64,000 nucleotides of DNA from the human T2T-CHM13v2.0 reference genome, Homo sapiens. The stretch lies in assembly GCF_009914755.1 (NCBI RefSeq), contig NC_060930.1. One strand, written 5' to 3'. Below, in pieces: positions 18,712 to 44,650 of the stretch. Each line of letters starts with the position of its first letter. Positions within the stretch are counted from its first letter, which is position 1. The notes under the pieces are model-generated. The model was not told the origin of the DNA. It saw only the letters and a list, made by a program, of their open reading frames with translations, and searched no databases. The position numbers were made by a program, and so were the translations under genes.

Positions 18712-18820
18712 GCTGCAATTGGAGCCAGAGGATTATACTACAGCTAAGAAGTGTCTGAACAAACAAGGGATGGGGGTCAAAATTGTGCCGGAAGGAAAAA
18801 TGCCTTTCAGGCTCTTGGAG
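18712..18820 (+). pseudogene. Candidate fossil exon D
   Basis: ttctttcttgacattag|G ... TTGGAG|GTTTGT; 109 nt, phase 2 to 0, open: LQLEPEDYTTAKKCLNKQGMGVKIVPEGKMPFRLLE. Confidence 0.62.
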
Positions 18821-18945
18821 GTTTGTTGCCCCTGATCCTCTGGCTTTGATCTCCAGGACTCCATTACAATAAGATATTAGCGTTAACCAGCTCATTGCTT
18901 CTGTGCCAGGAATGTAGGCCAAGGGGTTGTACTTAGAAAAGAAGT

Positions 18946-19155
18946 GGGACCTTGTCTCTACAAAAAATTAAAAAATTAGCCAAGGATAATGGTGCGTGAC
19001 TGTAGTCCTAGCTACTCAGGAGGCTGAGGTGGGAGGATCGCTTAAGCCCAGGAGTTGGAGGCTGCAGTGAGCTATGATTGCGCTTCTGCACTCCAGCCTG
19101 GGGGAAAGAGGAAGACCCTGTTTCCTAAAAAACAACAAAAACAAAAAACCAGCAA
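18946..19155 (+). mobile_element. 5'-truncated Alu
   Basis: Linker, right arm and tail. Confidence 0.88.
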
Positions 19156-19239
19156 CAATGATCTGTGATCGGACTCAGACACAGCACAACACTGGAAGAC
19201 AGGTCTTCTCCAGTAAGGACAAGAAGTAGAAGCATCAGG

Positions 19240-19365
19240 GGATGGATATTCGATTTTCCATGTTGTGATTGTTACGCATTGCATGCCTGTACCAAAATAT
19301 CTCATGTACCCCATAAATATATACACCTACTGTGTACCCACAAACATTAGAAATAAAAAAATTAA
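19240..19365 (+). mobile_element. L1MA extreme 3' fragment
   Basis: cattgcatgcctgtaccaaaatatctcatgtaccccataaatatatacacctac plus A-tail. Confidence 0.8.
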
Positions 19366-19782
19366 GAAAGAAGTAGGAGCAGCCATGGCTGTGATCTAGA
19401 AGCAGGAGAGGAGGTACCCCCTGACCCTGACTGTGGTTAACCAACTTCTCTGGAGCCACAGCCCCTGCTGACTAGAGGAGACCCAGGCCCAGGACTTCCT
19501 GTGGGCAACTGCTATTGTCACACCTCCATAGGATGATCATCACGTGGGCTGAGTGGGGACAGGTGAAGGATGGGAGCCATCACTTGAGAAATTGACAACA
19601 CAAGTGTGGCAAAGGGCATTGTTGGGATGAGGTGCACAGTTTCTAAGCACTCCCCGCCCCCTCCCCTCCCCACATGCACATGCACGCACACACATGCACA
19701 ATCACACACACAAAGACATGGTCACAGACATGCACCCCTTCCTTTTAGCCTTCTTCCAATCCTGTTTCATTGTCTGTTTCAG

Positions 19783-19902
19783 ATTCAGGTAGACGATTAT
19801 AATATCCAGGATTATGATGCAGAGACGTGGTTCAATTTGCTATAGCAGAGATGGGAGCAGGAAATAAAAAGAGTAGTATTTGCCTTTTTGAGGACAAGAT
19901 AG
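19783..19902 (+). pseudogene. Candidate fossil terminal coding exon E
   Basis: Long pyrimidine tract, tgtctgtttcag|ATT, phase 0: IQVDDYNIQDYDAETWFNLL*QRWEQEIKRVVFAFLRTR*; TAG at 19843-19845 and 19900-19902. Confidence 0.62.
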
Positions 19903-20003
19903 CCCTTTGGCAGCCAAAATACAGTGACATTCAAAGAACATGCCTCCTTCTGGCCTAGCAAACATTAACCTCCTCTCTTTCATTCCTAAACTTGCAAAGT
20001 CAC

Positions 20004-20356
20004 TGGATTAGTCTGTTTTCGTGCTGCTGACAAAGACATACCCAAGATTGGGAAGAAAAAGAGGTTGAATTGGACTTACAGTTCCACATGGCTGGGGAGG
20101 CCTCAGAATCATGGCGGGAGGCAAGAGGCATCTCTTACATGGTGGTGGCAAGAGAAAATGAAGAAGAAGCAAAAGCGGAAACCCCGATAAACCCATCAGA
20201 TCTCTTGAGACTTACTCACTATCACGAGAATAGCAAGGGAAAGACTGCTCCCCATGATTCAGTTACCTCCTCCTGGGCCCCTCCCACAACACGTGGGAAT
20301 TCTGGGAGATGCAACTCAAGTTGATATTTGAGTGGGGACACAGCCAAACCATATCA
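20004..20356 (-). mobile_element. THE1 (MaLR) solo LTR
   Basis: Ends gacacagccaaaccatatca; 5-bp TSD gtcac/gtcat. Confidence 0.9.
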
Positions 20357-20829
20357 GTCATCATCTCTCACCACCTCCATTTCCTCACCACAAACTCACT
20401 CATCACTCTGCAGGATGGCTCCCTCCTCCAGTCCTTCTCCAGGAAGACACCAAGACTCCTGAATCTTCTCAGACGACATCATCTCCCCTGGGGGAATAGC
20501 ACTGCCATTCCCAGAACCAGGAAAAAGGTGGTCTCTCAGGCAGCAGCTATGAAGCCTTGGAGTCATCTTTACCTCTTTTGGGCACGTCCCCTCCCCCACC
20601 AGCTCAGCATCTGATGAGTTGCCAAGTCCCACCAAGTCCACCCCGTAGGATCTCTCTAGCATCTGCTGACATCTTCACCCTCACAGCAATCACAAAGCAC
20701 CAAAGCCAGACTGTAAAAACTGCCCGCCATCAACCCCAACTCTCCAACCACCATCTTCTTCATGTCTGTATGAGCTTCCCAAGGTTGCTATAACAAAATA
20801 CCACAGGGTGGCCTTAAACTGCAGAAACT

Positions 20830-23729
<2,900 letters not shown>

Positions 23730-24212
23730 GGAGTCTAGGAGTTCTAAATGAAGGTGTTGGCAGGGATGGTTCCTTCCGGAGGCCCTGAGGAAGAACCTGT
23801 TCCCTGCCTCTCTCCCAGCTGCTGGTGGTTCCTGGCAACACTTGGTATTCCTTGGTTCGCAGACACATCAGCCTCGACTCTGGCTCCATCTTTACATGGC
23901 ACCCTCCTCTGTGTGTGCATATCTCTGTGTTTCTGATTTCCTCTAAGGATACCAGTCAATGGATTTAGGGCCCATCCTAGACTAGACTGACCTCATCTTA
24001 CCTAATTACATCTTCAAAGATCCTATTTCCAAATAAGGTCACATTCTGAGGTTCTGGGTGGACATGAGCTTTTGGGGACACTCTTCAATCTAGTACAGTG
24101 TCTTTCCAGTTGTCACCTTCTCACTTCTCTCACATGTTCTCCTTCCCTCTTGGGGACCTGAAGTCTGACTGCCTCCCTACTTTGTTGGTCCTCTGTTGAC
24201 CTCAGACATTCC

Positions 24213-24570
<358 letters not shown>

Positions 24571-25866
24571 TTATCATCTCTTCCTCCGACTTCCTATCCT
24601 GTGTCTGCAGCCTGTCTCCCTCCATAAGGATGCATAGGCTTCTGTTTAAAAGAAACCACACTCCTGTGTGGACTAGGACCACAACAAAACCTCTGTCCTC
24701 TCCAGTCGCACCTGAGCCCCCCCATGGCCAAAACTGGTCTTCAGTGAGGCTTGCAAAGTTTCCCTGCTCTCCCCAAGCCCCACCCGACAGAACCTCCTGA
24801 CTCTCAGGAATTGACTCCTTACTTCATGGAAAAAATTGAACAACCTGCTCCTGCTTCCTTTTTATGTCAACTTAGAACTAAACACACTCCTCTCTCCCAC
24901 ATCGCAGGACGAGCTGTCCCTCTGCACAGGCCAGCTCAGCACCACAGCCCCTTGGGGAGCTGCCCCCCTGGGCCTTCAGCTCTCTCTTCTTTCTAGCTAA
25001 TGCCATCTCGCTCTCTCTTTCTTTTCAAGCTAAGCTGCTTGGAAAATAGCTCTGCGGTTTTTATGCCCTCCCTTCCCATTTACTCAGAAGCCACCTGCTT
25101 CCTGGAGCCTCCCCAGGCCCCTCAATGGGATGCAGTCACTCTTCCCTCTCTCCCCCACCTAAGTCCCAGTGCTCTGTTTGTCCTCCCCAGGTATCTGTAC
25201 TGTTTGGTGCCATCATATCTACTGTGCCAGATCTGTAGCAGGGCAAGAGCAGGGCCTCTGACGTTGCACATCATCACAGACATTCTATAAATATAGTTTA
25301 AAGACTCCAAAGTTGGTTGCTCCTGGGCCACACTGTGTTCCACCAGGCCCAGTTTAGGTGTCTGTTTTCCCCATGGAGCTGAATGAATGAAGTGGGCCAT
25401 AAGAGCTGAGAGGGACAGCACCTTCATAGAACAAGTCAAGAGATCCCAGGCTCCCAGGATCTCCTACCAGTTGATGCTGTGGGTGCTTTCAGTGAGTTGC
25501 AGCTGGTGACAATTTAGGCAGGGAAAGGGGGAAGGGGTCTGAGAGAACAGCTCTCCCAGTAGTGCCCACAGTCTTGTTACCTCCCCTCTGACCTGAGGCT
25601 TGCATATGTACAAGACAGTGCATGAGTCTGTGAACTTTGCTTCATGTGTGGCTTTATGGAACCAATCTTTGCCAGACCATACGTATCTTCTCCTGTACCT
25701 CCAAGGCATGGTGGTGGGTCAGCTCCTCTCCTCCACTTCTAAGTCTCCTTTGTTATTCTCTGGGGCACACTTTCAACCTGCCAGGCTCTGAGCTAGTTGC
25801 TTTGCATACCACTTCATCCAGTCCTTATAGCTGCCCAATCACTTAGGTACTATTCCTCCCCCGACC

Positions 25867-26493
<627 letters not shown>

Positions 26494-26759
26494 AAGCCTG
26501 TCTTTCTTTCTCCAGCAAGATCAACTTTGATCTCAATTTTCACCTGATCTCATGCATAGTGGTTCCGGAGTGTGTTCACCAGCTGTGTTGTGTCCATGAC
26601 ACAATTCTCCCTCTCCCTGTGTGGCTCACCCACTAGCTATCCCAAAATATGTGAGGGTGTCAGTGGAGAAGGAGTGATTAAAAAGGGGGCACCATAAAGC
26701 AGCAACTCAAAATACTAAAAGAAAATTTTTAAAAAGGGGTAACAGGTATGAGCTCTTAC

Positions 26760-27119
26760 TAGATTCCATCTGACGTAACTAAGGACAAGGACTGGGGCTG
26801 TGCTCCATCTGTTTTCATATCTCTAGTGTACATAATTATGTGCTGAGTGAAGGAGTTTACTTTTATTCCTGATCAAAATCTGCAAGCTCCTTTATCTGCC
26901 TTGGCAGTGAAAGATGTTGCAGCAGCAGTGGGTGCAGATCCTCATCTTGACTCTCCTCCCACTGCCTTATCGGAATGTCATCTCAAATAGGAACAACCTG
27001 TAGGTGCACCGGAATAGGGATGTCTTTGAATTCTCTTGTCAAAAGACCTGAAGATGGTTTTGGTAACCTTGATAAAGAAAGGTTTTTGTGAAGATTTAAT
27101 GTGATCATGTAGGTAAAAC
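26760..27119 (-). pseudogene. Possible decayed 360-nt exon of a second fossil gene
   Basis: gtgccag|G ... ATCTA|GTAAGA on minus; phase 2 to 2; 119 codons with three stops, all TGA. Confidence 0.35.
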
Positions 27120-27761
27120 CTGGCACAACTTTATCAAAAAAGAAGTGTTTAGTAAAATAACAAACATATTGACCTAGCTAATCCTCTAAAGCATCCAAAT
27201 AAACAAGGCTAAAGGGGTGGCCAATAACTTTTGTGCCGCTTAGGAGGCCATTGGACCTTGATGTTGTTCATGTCACTGTAGGTGGCACTGAGAAAAACAC
27301 ATCAGAACCTGAAAATCTAGTTTTCCTGTGGCTCTCCTCGTGCTCAGAATCATACCTAGCTGCCTTCTCTGACTTTAGGATCTCTTCCGTCTGGCTCCTG
27401 CCTCCGTTTCGGATCTCATCTTAAAACCCCTCCCTCTGCAATCTCTTGGCTGGGGGAGCAGCCCAGCCCCTTTCACCTCAGGATCTCTGCATGTGCTGTT
27501 CCTGCTCATCCTTCAGTCTCAGCTGAAGTGTCATCTCCTTCCCTGAGCATGTAGCAGAATCCCTATCTGTCATTTACAAACAAAACAACCCACTGCATGC
27601 CCAAGAATGCCCAACAAGCATGCTCAACAGATAGCTGTTGGATGCGTGCACAAAGAAACTGGACCACAGCCAGCTTAGGCAGGAAAGGAGGGCCTTGTTT
27701 TTTTTGAAGTCTTATCTGTGCTTGGGGCTGTTTTAAAAATTTGTGGTGATCTGGAAGGTAT

Positions 27762-28076
27762 TGTTTATTTATTTGTTTATTATTATTTATTTAAGACAGA
27801 GTCTCGCTCTTTTGTCCAGGCTAGAGTGCAATGGCTTGATCTCTGCTCACCTCAACCTCCGCCACCGGGGTTCAAACGATTCTCATGCCTCAGCCATCTG
27901 AGTAGCCAAGATTACAGGCGGGAGCCACAACACCCAACTAATTTTTGTATTTTTAGCAGGGGTGAGGTTTCGCCATGTTGCCCAGGCTGGTCTTGAACTC
28001 CTGGCCTCAAGTGATCTACCCCCACTTGACCTCCCAAAGTGCTAGGATTATAGGCATGAGCCACCGTGCCTGGCCT
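27762..28076 (-). mobile_element. Alu
   Basis: Consensus match. Confidence 0.93.
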
Positions 28077-29976
28077 GATTATCTTTTTAATAAAAGAGAA
28101 GAGAGGAAAAGAGCATTCTGTTTGCAAAGCTAGTAGAATACTGCTTGAAATATTTTTAGCAATCTCTGGATGCCATCCATTCTCTGATTCTGCCTGTTGA
28201 TCTCATCCTGAGTACTAAATGCGCATCAGCTTGGCTTATGGTTTCCACCACTGTTTTCTGGATTTCTTGGCTTGTTGCTTTCTTGATTTCTAAGTTAACA
28301 AGGGAAGTCTTGTTACACAGATTTTTAAAATCCCAATTAAAATTATTCTGCAACAGTAGTAATAGGAGTGATACAATTTGTATCATGATCCATAAAGTGT
28401 TGGTCGGTTTCAAAAAGAGGCCAGAATGGGACTGGGGCTGACACAGTGTGACTCCTCACCCAGAGATCATTAGCCTCTGGAACAGCCTCAGCAAAGAAGC
28501 AGAGGCAAGCAGCAGGTCTAGGGACTTGTGCAGAGCTCAGGTACTGTCCCTAGGCATCATTAGGAGGTGTTGCTCTACAGGGGAGAAATAAATGAGTAGG
28601 AAGCACAAAGTGTTTCCAGGGTAAAAAAGAGTTACAGAGAAAAGTAAATGTTTGACCATCCTATGAAAACTAATAGCATAGACCAGGGATATGAGGCTTT
28701 CTGTATTCACTCATTCATTCATTCTCTCCTCCATTTATTCATTCATTCAACAAATGAACATTAAGCAGGCACCAAACTAAGTCCCAGATGATGCGAGGAT
28801 GAATGGATCTCGATTCTTGGCTTTGAATAGCTCACATTACACTGCCAAACGCTATGGTGTTTGTAAAAGTGGCTTGTAAATGGCACAACACTACAACGTG
28901 TTGTTTATTCTTCCAACATTTAATATGATGGCTGGCATGGAGCAGGTGCTCAAAAATGGCTGTTGAATGAATGAATAAGGAGCAGGAAGTGATAGGCACT
29001 GAAACAACATAGGCACTAAACAAGCTATAATACGTGAGAACTGGAGACAGTCTGGGTTGAAAACTAAAAAGGGATCTGTGTGATTCAATACAGCACTAAA
29101 CAGGGCTCCTTGATTATTTCAGAGACTGGGAACTTCATGTTCTAAACCTTGCTTTTTTCATAACCGTGTGACTGTGGTGTCTTAATCTCTCTATGGTTGA
29201 GCAAGGGACTACAACCGTATCATCAGACCCCCTCCTTTGATATACTTTGTGAATTGGGCTCCATCCTAAAGTTTAAGAAAGGAGCTAGAGTTAGAAAAAT
29301 GCACAATTGCCTCTCAACTGTAAATCCCTTCAAATCCACAGTAAGAAATGAAACAGATGAAACTGTTGAACAAACATTTCCTTTTCTGTGTAGGAATGTG
29401 GTCATCACAAAAGAGAACTACTAGTTAAATTACAACCTTACGCTGGTGCTTACGTGAGCTTCTGTCTTTCTCCTGTTGACCTTCAGGAAGCTACAATGAT
29501 GATTAGTATCTAATTTGGAAATTAATTACCTTATCTAGTTTTGAGACGTACTAGTTTCAAGAGACTGACGAGAATTGTGCCAAATTTGCTCCCTCAAATT
29601 CTTATATCATAGAAAGTGGCCATTATTGGAGATATATATATATATATTTTAACCTTTTAAAAGGTTGTTTGACTATAAAAGCCCATATCACTCTTAATTT
29701 GTGATTTGTGCCAGGTCAGGGAAGAAAGCCCAGACTTAAATGTGGCCAGAAACCACAGTGCAGAAAGATTTAACAGTCCTCCCCACATTTTAGAATGAGT
29801 TGGAAAGGAGTCAAAATTTAATCTTAAAATCTCACAAATGCTTTATGACTACAATTAGTGCTCAAAGCTATCAGGTGGTGTAGACATGCACTACTATTAT
29901 AGAAACTGAGTAGTACATCTAGGTTTCCCAACAGAAAGATTTCTTTGAGGCTAAACTCATCATAAATGGTAAGGAC

Positions 29977-30387
<411 letters not shown>

Positions 30388-30394
30388 TAGAAAT

Positions 30395-30573
30395 TGGAAG
30401 AGACAAGGAACAGATTCTCCCTTGGAGCCTCCAGCCCTGCTAACATCTTAATTTTAGCCCGGTAAGACTGACTTCAGACTGCTGACCTTCAAATCTGTAA
30501 GAGAATCAATTTGTGCTATTTTAAGCCAGTACATTGTGGGGATTTGTTATAGCAGTAATAGGAAACCAATACA
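30395..30573 (+). mobile_element. MLT1 LTR 3' fragment
   Basis: caaggaacagattctcccttggagcctcca..ctgtaagagaat..gttatagcagtaataggaaaccaataca. Confidence 0.75.
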
Positions 30574-30601
30574 ATCCTCATTTCAAAATAGTTCCCAATA
30601 T

Positions 30602-30737
30602 GGCCGCTGCAGTGGCACACCTGTAATCCCAGTACTTTGGGAGGCCTTGGCAGGAGGATTGCTTGAGCACAGGAGTTCGAGCAGCCAGCCTGGGTAACAT
30701 AGTGAGACCTTGTCTGTTAAAAAAAAAAAAAAAAAAA
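30602..30737 (+). mobile_element. FLAM
   Basis: Monomer with A tail. Confidence 0.88.
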
Positions 30738-31449
30738 GATCTTTTAAAAAATTTCTAATATATTATTTTTTATTAGACTATTGGACGTCTGGAGGGTATG
30801 TGGGCAGTAGGAGATGAAATCCTTTTGTCTCTGTGGGTGGCGGTGTTCAAATATTTTCCACTTTGGTATTTCAAAAGCTTTGTAATGTGTTGTGTTTATT
30901 TTATTCATCTGTTTTTGTCTCCCTTTATCAAGCTCTCTGGCTACATAGCCCATCATATTTTTTCTACTCTTATTTAAGAAACTGTCTCATGAAGAGCTGT
31001 CTGAGTCAGGGAAGAGTCAAAATCGAAGCTTCTATTTGTGCCTTTTGTCACAAACCTCCCACACTTGTTCCATTCTTCCTTCACACTCCAAGTCTTTTAG
31101 TCTTTCTCTTTCTCAAGATGTCCCCCTCCTCTTATATCTCCTTTTCTGTCCCTCTGCTCCACTTACTTCCACTTAATTGATCACTGTTTTCTTCTCCTCT
31201 TTTGCTCTGGAGCTCTCTCTCACCTGTCATATTCTTGAGTTTCCACCTGATCTTGTTCAAGAGTCCAGACCCTTTGCCTACTTCACCCTCCAGAATTTCT
31301 CAGCCAGTGGTTGAATCTCAACCAGAGGCGTCAGAAGTTCTCAGAGTTTGAAAGGGTTTCAAAGATTATTCTAACCATTCACGTTTGAAGTCTCCCCTCC
31401 TGCCTGACATATTTGATAAATAAATAATTTCCTTCTTTCCAAAAGTTGT

Positions 31450-31620
31450 TTTTTATTTCTTTTTACTTTATTTTTTTGAAACAGGGTTTTGGTCTGTTGC
31501 CCAGGCTGGAGTGCAGTGGCACAATCATAGCTCTCTGCAGCCTCTAACTCCTGGGCTCAATGATCCTCCTGCCCCAGCCTCCCAAAGCACTGGGATTACA
31601 GGCGTGAACCACTGCACCCT
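31450..31620 (-). mobile_element. Deleted or monomeric Alu
   Basis: Partial consensus match. Confidence 0.85.
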
Positions 31621-32075
31621 GTCTGTGTCTGTTTTGTCCTACCTGTTTGTCAGGCCTATGCTCAGCCTTTGCCTGAGATCCCCAGGATGGCGGGTCACTC
31701 CTTTATGAGGCAGTCTACCCTGACTTTGGACAGCTCTGATGGAGAAGGAGTTCTTCTTTCTGCTGAGATAGCAATCTTTTTCCTTCTAAGTCTGATCCAT
31801 GAGTTTAATTCTATCCCTTATGTCACTTGTAACAATATCATTTCCTTATCCACATGCTAGTCCTCCAATATTTGAAGATAATCTTCACATCCCCTACTGA
31901 GTTTTCCTCTGCTCCAGGCTTAATATCTCTAGTCTTTTGAACTATTTCACAAATGATGAATTTTAGCTTTGTGGTTACCCTCTTCTGATTTTTTTGGTCC
32001 CTGCTTCACTTAGAGTGATGTGCAGGGCTGACTGAATACACCAGAGCAGAGGGTCACTGTTACTGCTCATTACGC

Positions 32076-32270
32076 CAGTGCTGTCTAATAGAACTTTCGG
32101 TGATTAGGAAAATGTTCTGTATCTGTGCTGTCCAATCATAACCACCTGTGGTTATTGGGCATTTGACATACGGCTGATGAGAATGAAGAACTGAACTTCT
32201 AATTTTACTTTAATTATTTTAAATTTAAATAGCTGCGTATGGCCAGCGGTGATCACATTGGGCAGCACAA
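32076..32270 (+). mobile_element. MER3 (hAT-Charlie) MITE
   Basis: cagtgctgtctaatagaactttc..ggaaaatgttctgtatctgtgctgtccaat..ttgggcagcaca. Confidence 0.8.
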
Positions 32271-34910
32271 TTCTAGATGTTATATTTGTAATAATGTAGT
32301 TTAATTTTGCATGGTTTTGGAGTAGCCATAGGTTCATCTTGAGTTTACTTCTCTGAAAACTCTTAATTCTTTACTGATGCTAAACCAGTTTGTTGTCACT
32401 TGTCATATAAGTACAATTGTCATATAATAGGAGAAACCTATTTTGTGTTTCTCCCTGGCTAGCATGTTAAAATGGCATGTTTTCCACCATTCTTAATTCT
32501 GACTTGTGGCCATCTATGTATTCTGAGTCTAGCTCAGTACTCTCTTCTCATTGTACTTCTTGGTTTCCTGATTCTGACCCTGAAGTCTGGAATCCAGATT
32601 TTGAGTTGGTATTCTTTAGGTCTTCTGCTTGTTCTTACATTATATATGCCATTTATTTATTCTATATGTTTATATGGAGCACCTTTCAAGTTCCAGGCAG
32701 GAACTGTGCTGGAGTCAGAGCCAAGAGAGATAAGACACAGCATCTCCACCAGCACTAACTGATATCCTGCTCTAATCTGCCAGTGTAGGGGTTTTGGCTC
32801 CTGTCCTAGACTTCATATCTCAAGTTCAATATCTTGGCCTTAAGTCTTATTGTTTGAGGGTAGGTGGGGAAGAGGTAGGAAGACAGGTGGGAAGGAGAAA
32901 GGGGAATTGAGAGAAATGTTGTGGAATTCTAAGGAAAAACAGATCAAACTCCCTAGAGCAACAATATATATTTTTCTTACTGGGAGAGAAAAAAAAATCC
33001 TCCCAATCTTACATTTTTTTATGGCTAGCAGTCAACTTGCCTGTCTACTCTAACCATTTTCTTCTCTTTTATGTATCTACAGCCTTCTACCTCATGTTCA
33101 AAAATATGGCCTGTGGAAACACAGCCAACAAAAAGATATTCTTGATTTTGTTTTTGTATTTGTTTTCCTGATTCCTTTAAATAACCAGGACCAGGCAATG
33201 ACAGTTTCTGTATATTCTGTATGTAACATACTGCCAATCTCATAAGGAGTTTATCATTTGAAGAATACACACCCTTTACCCATCATCTAAGCCAGGAAGA
33301 AGGGAGAGAGGAAGGAGGTAGGATGGTCTTAGGATGAGAAGGTAGAGGAAGCCATTTGCCTGAGGGCAAAGAGATGCTGCTTTGCTTCTCTGAAATCCAT
33401 CACAACTAGTTCCGGGATAGGGGTTATCACACTTCCAGATAGCTGCCCAATTGGCCCAAATGGCTCTTGATCAACCAGGGTTAGTCATGGACCAGTTATC
33501 TGCAGGATTCTCCCCACATCCCATTTCTCCCCATGGAAAGGAACTATCTTTTATCTTAATTTTCAGAGGCCAAGCTTCAGGTGATCCTTCTCAGGGGTTG
33601 CCTAACTAATTGGAAGAACAAAATCCCCACAAACGTAAGATTTGAGGAGAAAAAGACCCCTACATTCCCCATTCCCCATAGGGTGCTCTTTTCTGTGGTC
33701 ACTAGTATGTTAAGCCATAGCAATGGGGGCAGGTCAGGGTAGGTGAGAAGGAGGGAAGGCTCATCCGACCTCCTCTCTTTTAAAATAGAAATAGGAAATA
33801 TTATGTCTCTACACGTGGACAGGAGAAGGTATAGGAGGTACTGAAGCAAGGCCATGCTGAGGCTCTGGAAGCCTGGGGTCTTGTTGCTGTCATGCTGTAG
33901 ACGTCCGTGTAGTCAGGGAATAGTCAAATGTCCATCATTTCATTTTTCCCAGCCTCAGTTTCTTCATCTGCAAAATGGGAAGGTTAGACTGAATCAGTGT
34001 TCTTCAAACCTCAAAGCACAATCTATTAGTAGGTGGTGGAATCAATTTACAGTTTTTATCAACAGTTTTCAAAAAACGAAATAAAACATCAGAATGTGCT
34101 GTCTTGTACTTAGTAATGTAAACATTGTTTTGTTAGACTGTTGTTCCAATTGTGTGTGTTTGCGTGTATGTACTGGGTAATGACATCCAGCGTGTTTCTA
34201 ACTATGAGTTATGGTAAAAAATGTTTTAAAAACACAGGAATCTGTGATTCTTGAGGTTCCTTCCACCTGGTGTTTTAGGTTTCCCTGTCTCTGCAGAAGG
34301 CTCTCTTTGGGGATTCACCTCCACTGTGATTTGGAAGAACAAGTTTCCATGATGCCATCCCACACTCTCCTCCCAAGCAGGCAGTCTTTGTTTGTATTGA
34401 GCCTGTGACATGCAGAGCCCCTCAGAAGGTGAGCAGAGGAGGGGGTGAGGTGTAACTGAGAGCCATGTTGTTAATGTGGACTCCCTGACATTTACATACA
34501 CTGACATAGTTTCTTGGCATGGCGTAGGCCCTTCAGTTTTACAATGATGCTTTAGAAGAGTTTTTTGCCTTAAACAGGAGGTCAGACAAAATAATAAACT
34601 CCCTCCTCTAGAGGTAATATTGTATAAGTCCATGAATACAACATTTCAAGAGCTATTTATAACTAAGGACATCATTTTCAGCAATTGCCACAACAGCAGC
34701 ACGTTCACAGTGAGGCATGGGTCACAGAGAACTTCTGGCCATTTTTCTGCTTCATTTCCTCAATAGTCCTGAGGCCTGAGGTCAGCTGCTTGTGAGGGGT
34801 TGAGTCACAACTTGCTCAAATCTTCTTCCTCCAAAATCCTTTTAACTTCTGCTATACTACAAGGAAACCGATTATTTTCACCAAATGTAAATTATTAAAC
34901 ATGCTTTTTT

Positions 34911-41452
<6,542 letters not shown>

Positions 41453-41569
41453 TCTGTATTACTTCTACAACTAAAAAAAGAAACACATGATTTAAACATA
41501 TTTAAAAGTTTTCACCTGAAAATACGGAATCTTCTCAATTACACACTTTGTGGTTCTTTAAATTATTTT

Positions 41570-42270
41570 TGAATTCTATTCAATTTGGTTCAATAAATAT
41601 TTGTTGTGCACTAACACTACTTGGTGCTGTGGTTCAAAGATTTGTGAAAGACTATCTGACCTGTCTGAAAATTCCTACACTAGCCAAGGAGATTGAAAAC
41701 CATTCTACTGACCATAAAAACTGCTATAAATAAAATATGGAAGCCTAGCGGAAGGATCAGTAAAGGCTTCAGAGAAGTGAATTCCATTTTAGAGTGGAGC
41801 CTTGAAGATTGAGTGAGATTTCACCATTAGGAAAAGGGGAGAGGTGGTCATTTCAGAAGCAGGGTCTGCAGGGAGGAATAGAGGTGTTCATACTTGTTCC
41901 TGAAATGAGGAGCAGGCCTTAAGACTGCAGAACAGAGTTTCAGCAGGTATAGGTTAGAGGATGAATTGGTGCAGGCAGAATTTGTTGGCAGCAAGACTAA
42001 TTAGTAGGTCATTATGATGGTCCTTGAGAAATGATAAGGAATCATTAAGGAATCAGCAGCAAGGATGGAGAGTAGGGAACCAGGCAAAAGACCTTCTGGA
42101 GCTAGAGTTGACAGGATTGCGTTTGAGAGAACCAGGGGAGAAGTATATTAGGAAGCAGACCCAGGTTTCAGCTTGGATTTGGGAGGATTAGGAGTAATAC
42201 CAAAGGAGAATCAGGTTGAGGGGACTTCTGAAAGAGAGGTAAAAAAGTGGAGATGAGAGAATTAGTTCAG
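41570..42270 (-). mobile_element. L2 fragment
   Basis: ttcaataaatatttgttg terminal motif followed by purine-rich L2-like body. Confidence 0.5.
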
Positions 42271-42294
42271 TCTCATTTTTAAAGTGCATTTTTT

Positions 42295-43379
<1,085 letters not shown>

Positions 43380-43544
43380 TTATAAGTAAACAGGTTCATA
43401 TTTTCAGGTGGAGAAGATGAGGTCAATCCAATAACACAATGTGAGTTGTTGATTAGTGTGGACATAGAAATAGAAGGTAGTTTTCCTGGACACCTAAAAC
43501 TCTGCTCCATTCAATAGCCTATTGGTAGTTAGAAGTAAACACTC

Positions 43545-44650
<1,106 letters not shown>

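Noticed and set aside
29394-29453. 60-nt exon-shaped segment (ttttctgtgtag|GAA..TAC|gtgagc; ECGHHKRELLVKLQPYAGAY)
   Set aside because: Lies beyond the apparent terminal exon of the + strand fossil, cannot be linked to other exons, and equally good donors occur on the opposite strand; may be chance.
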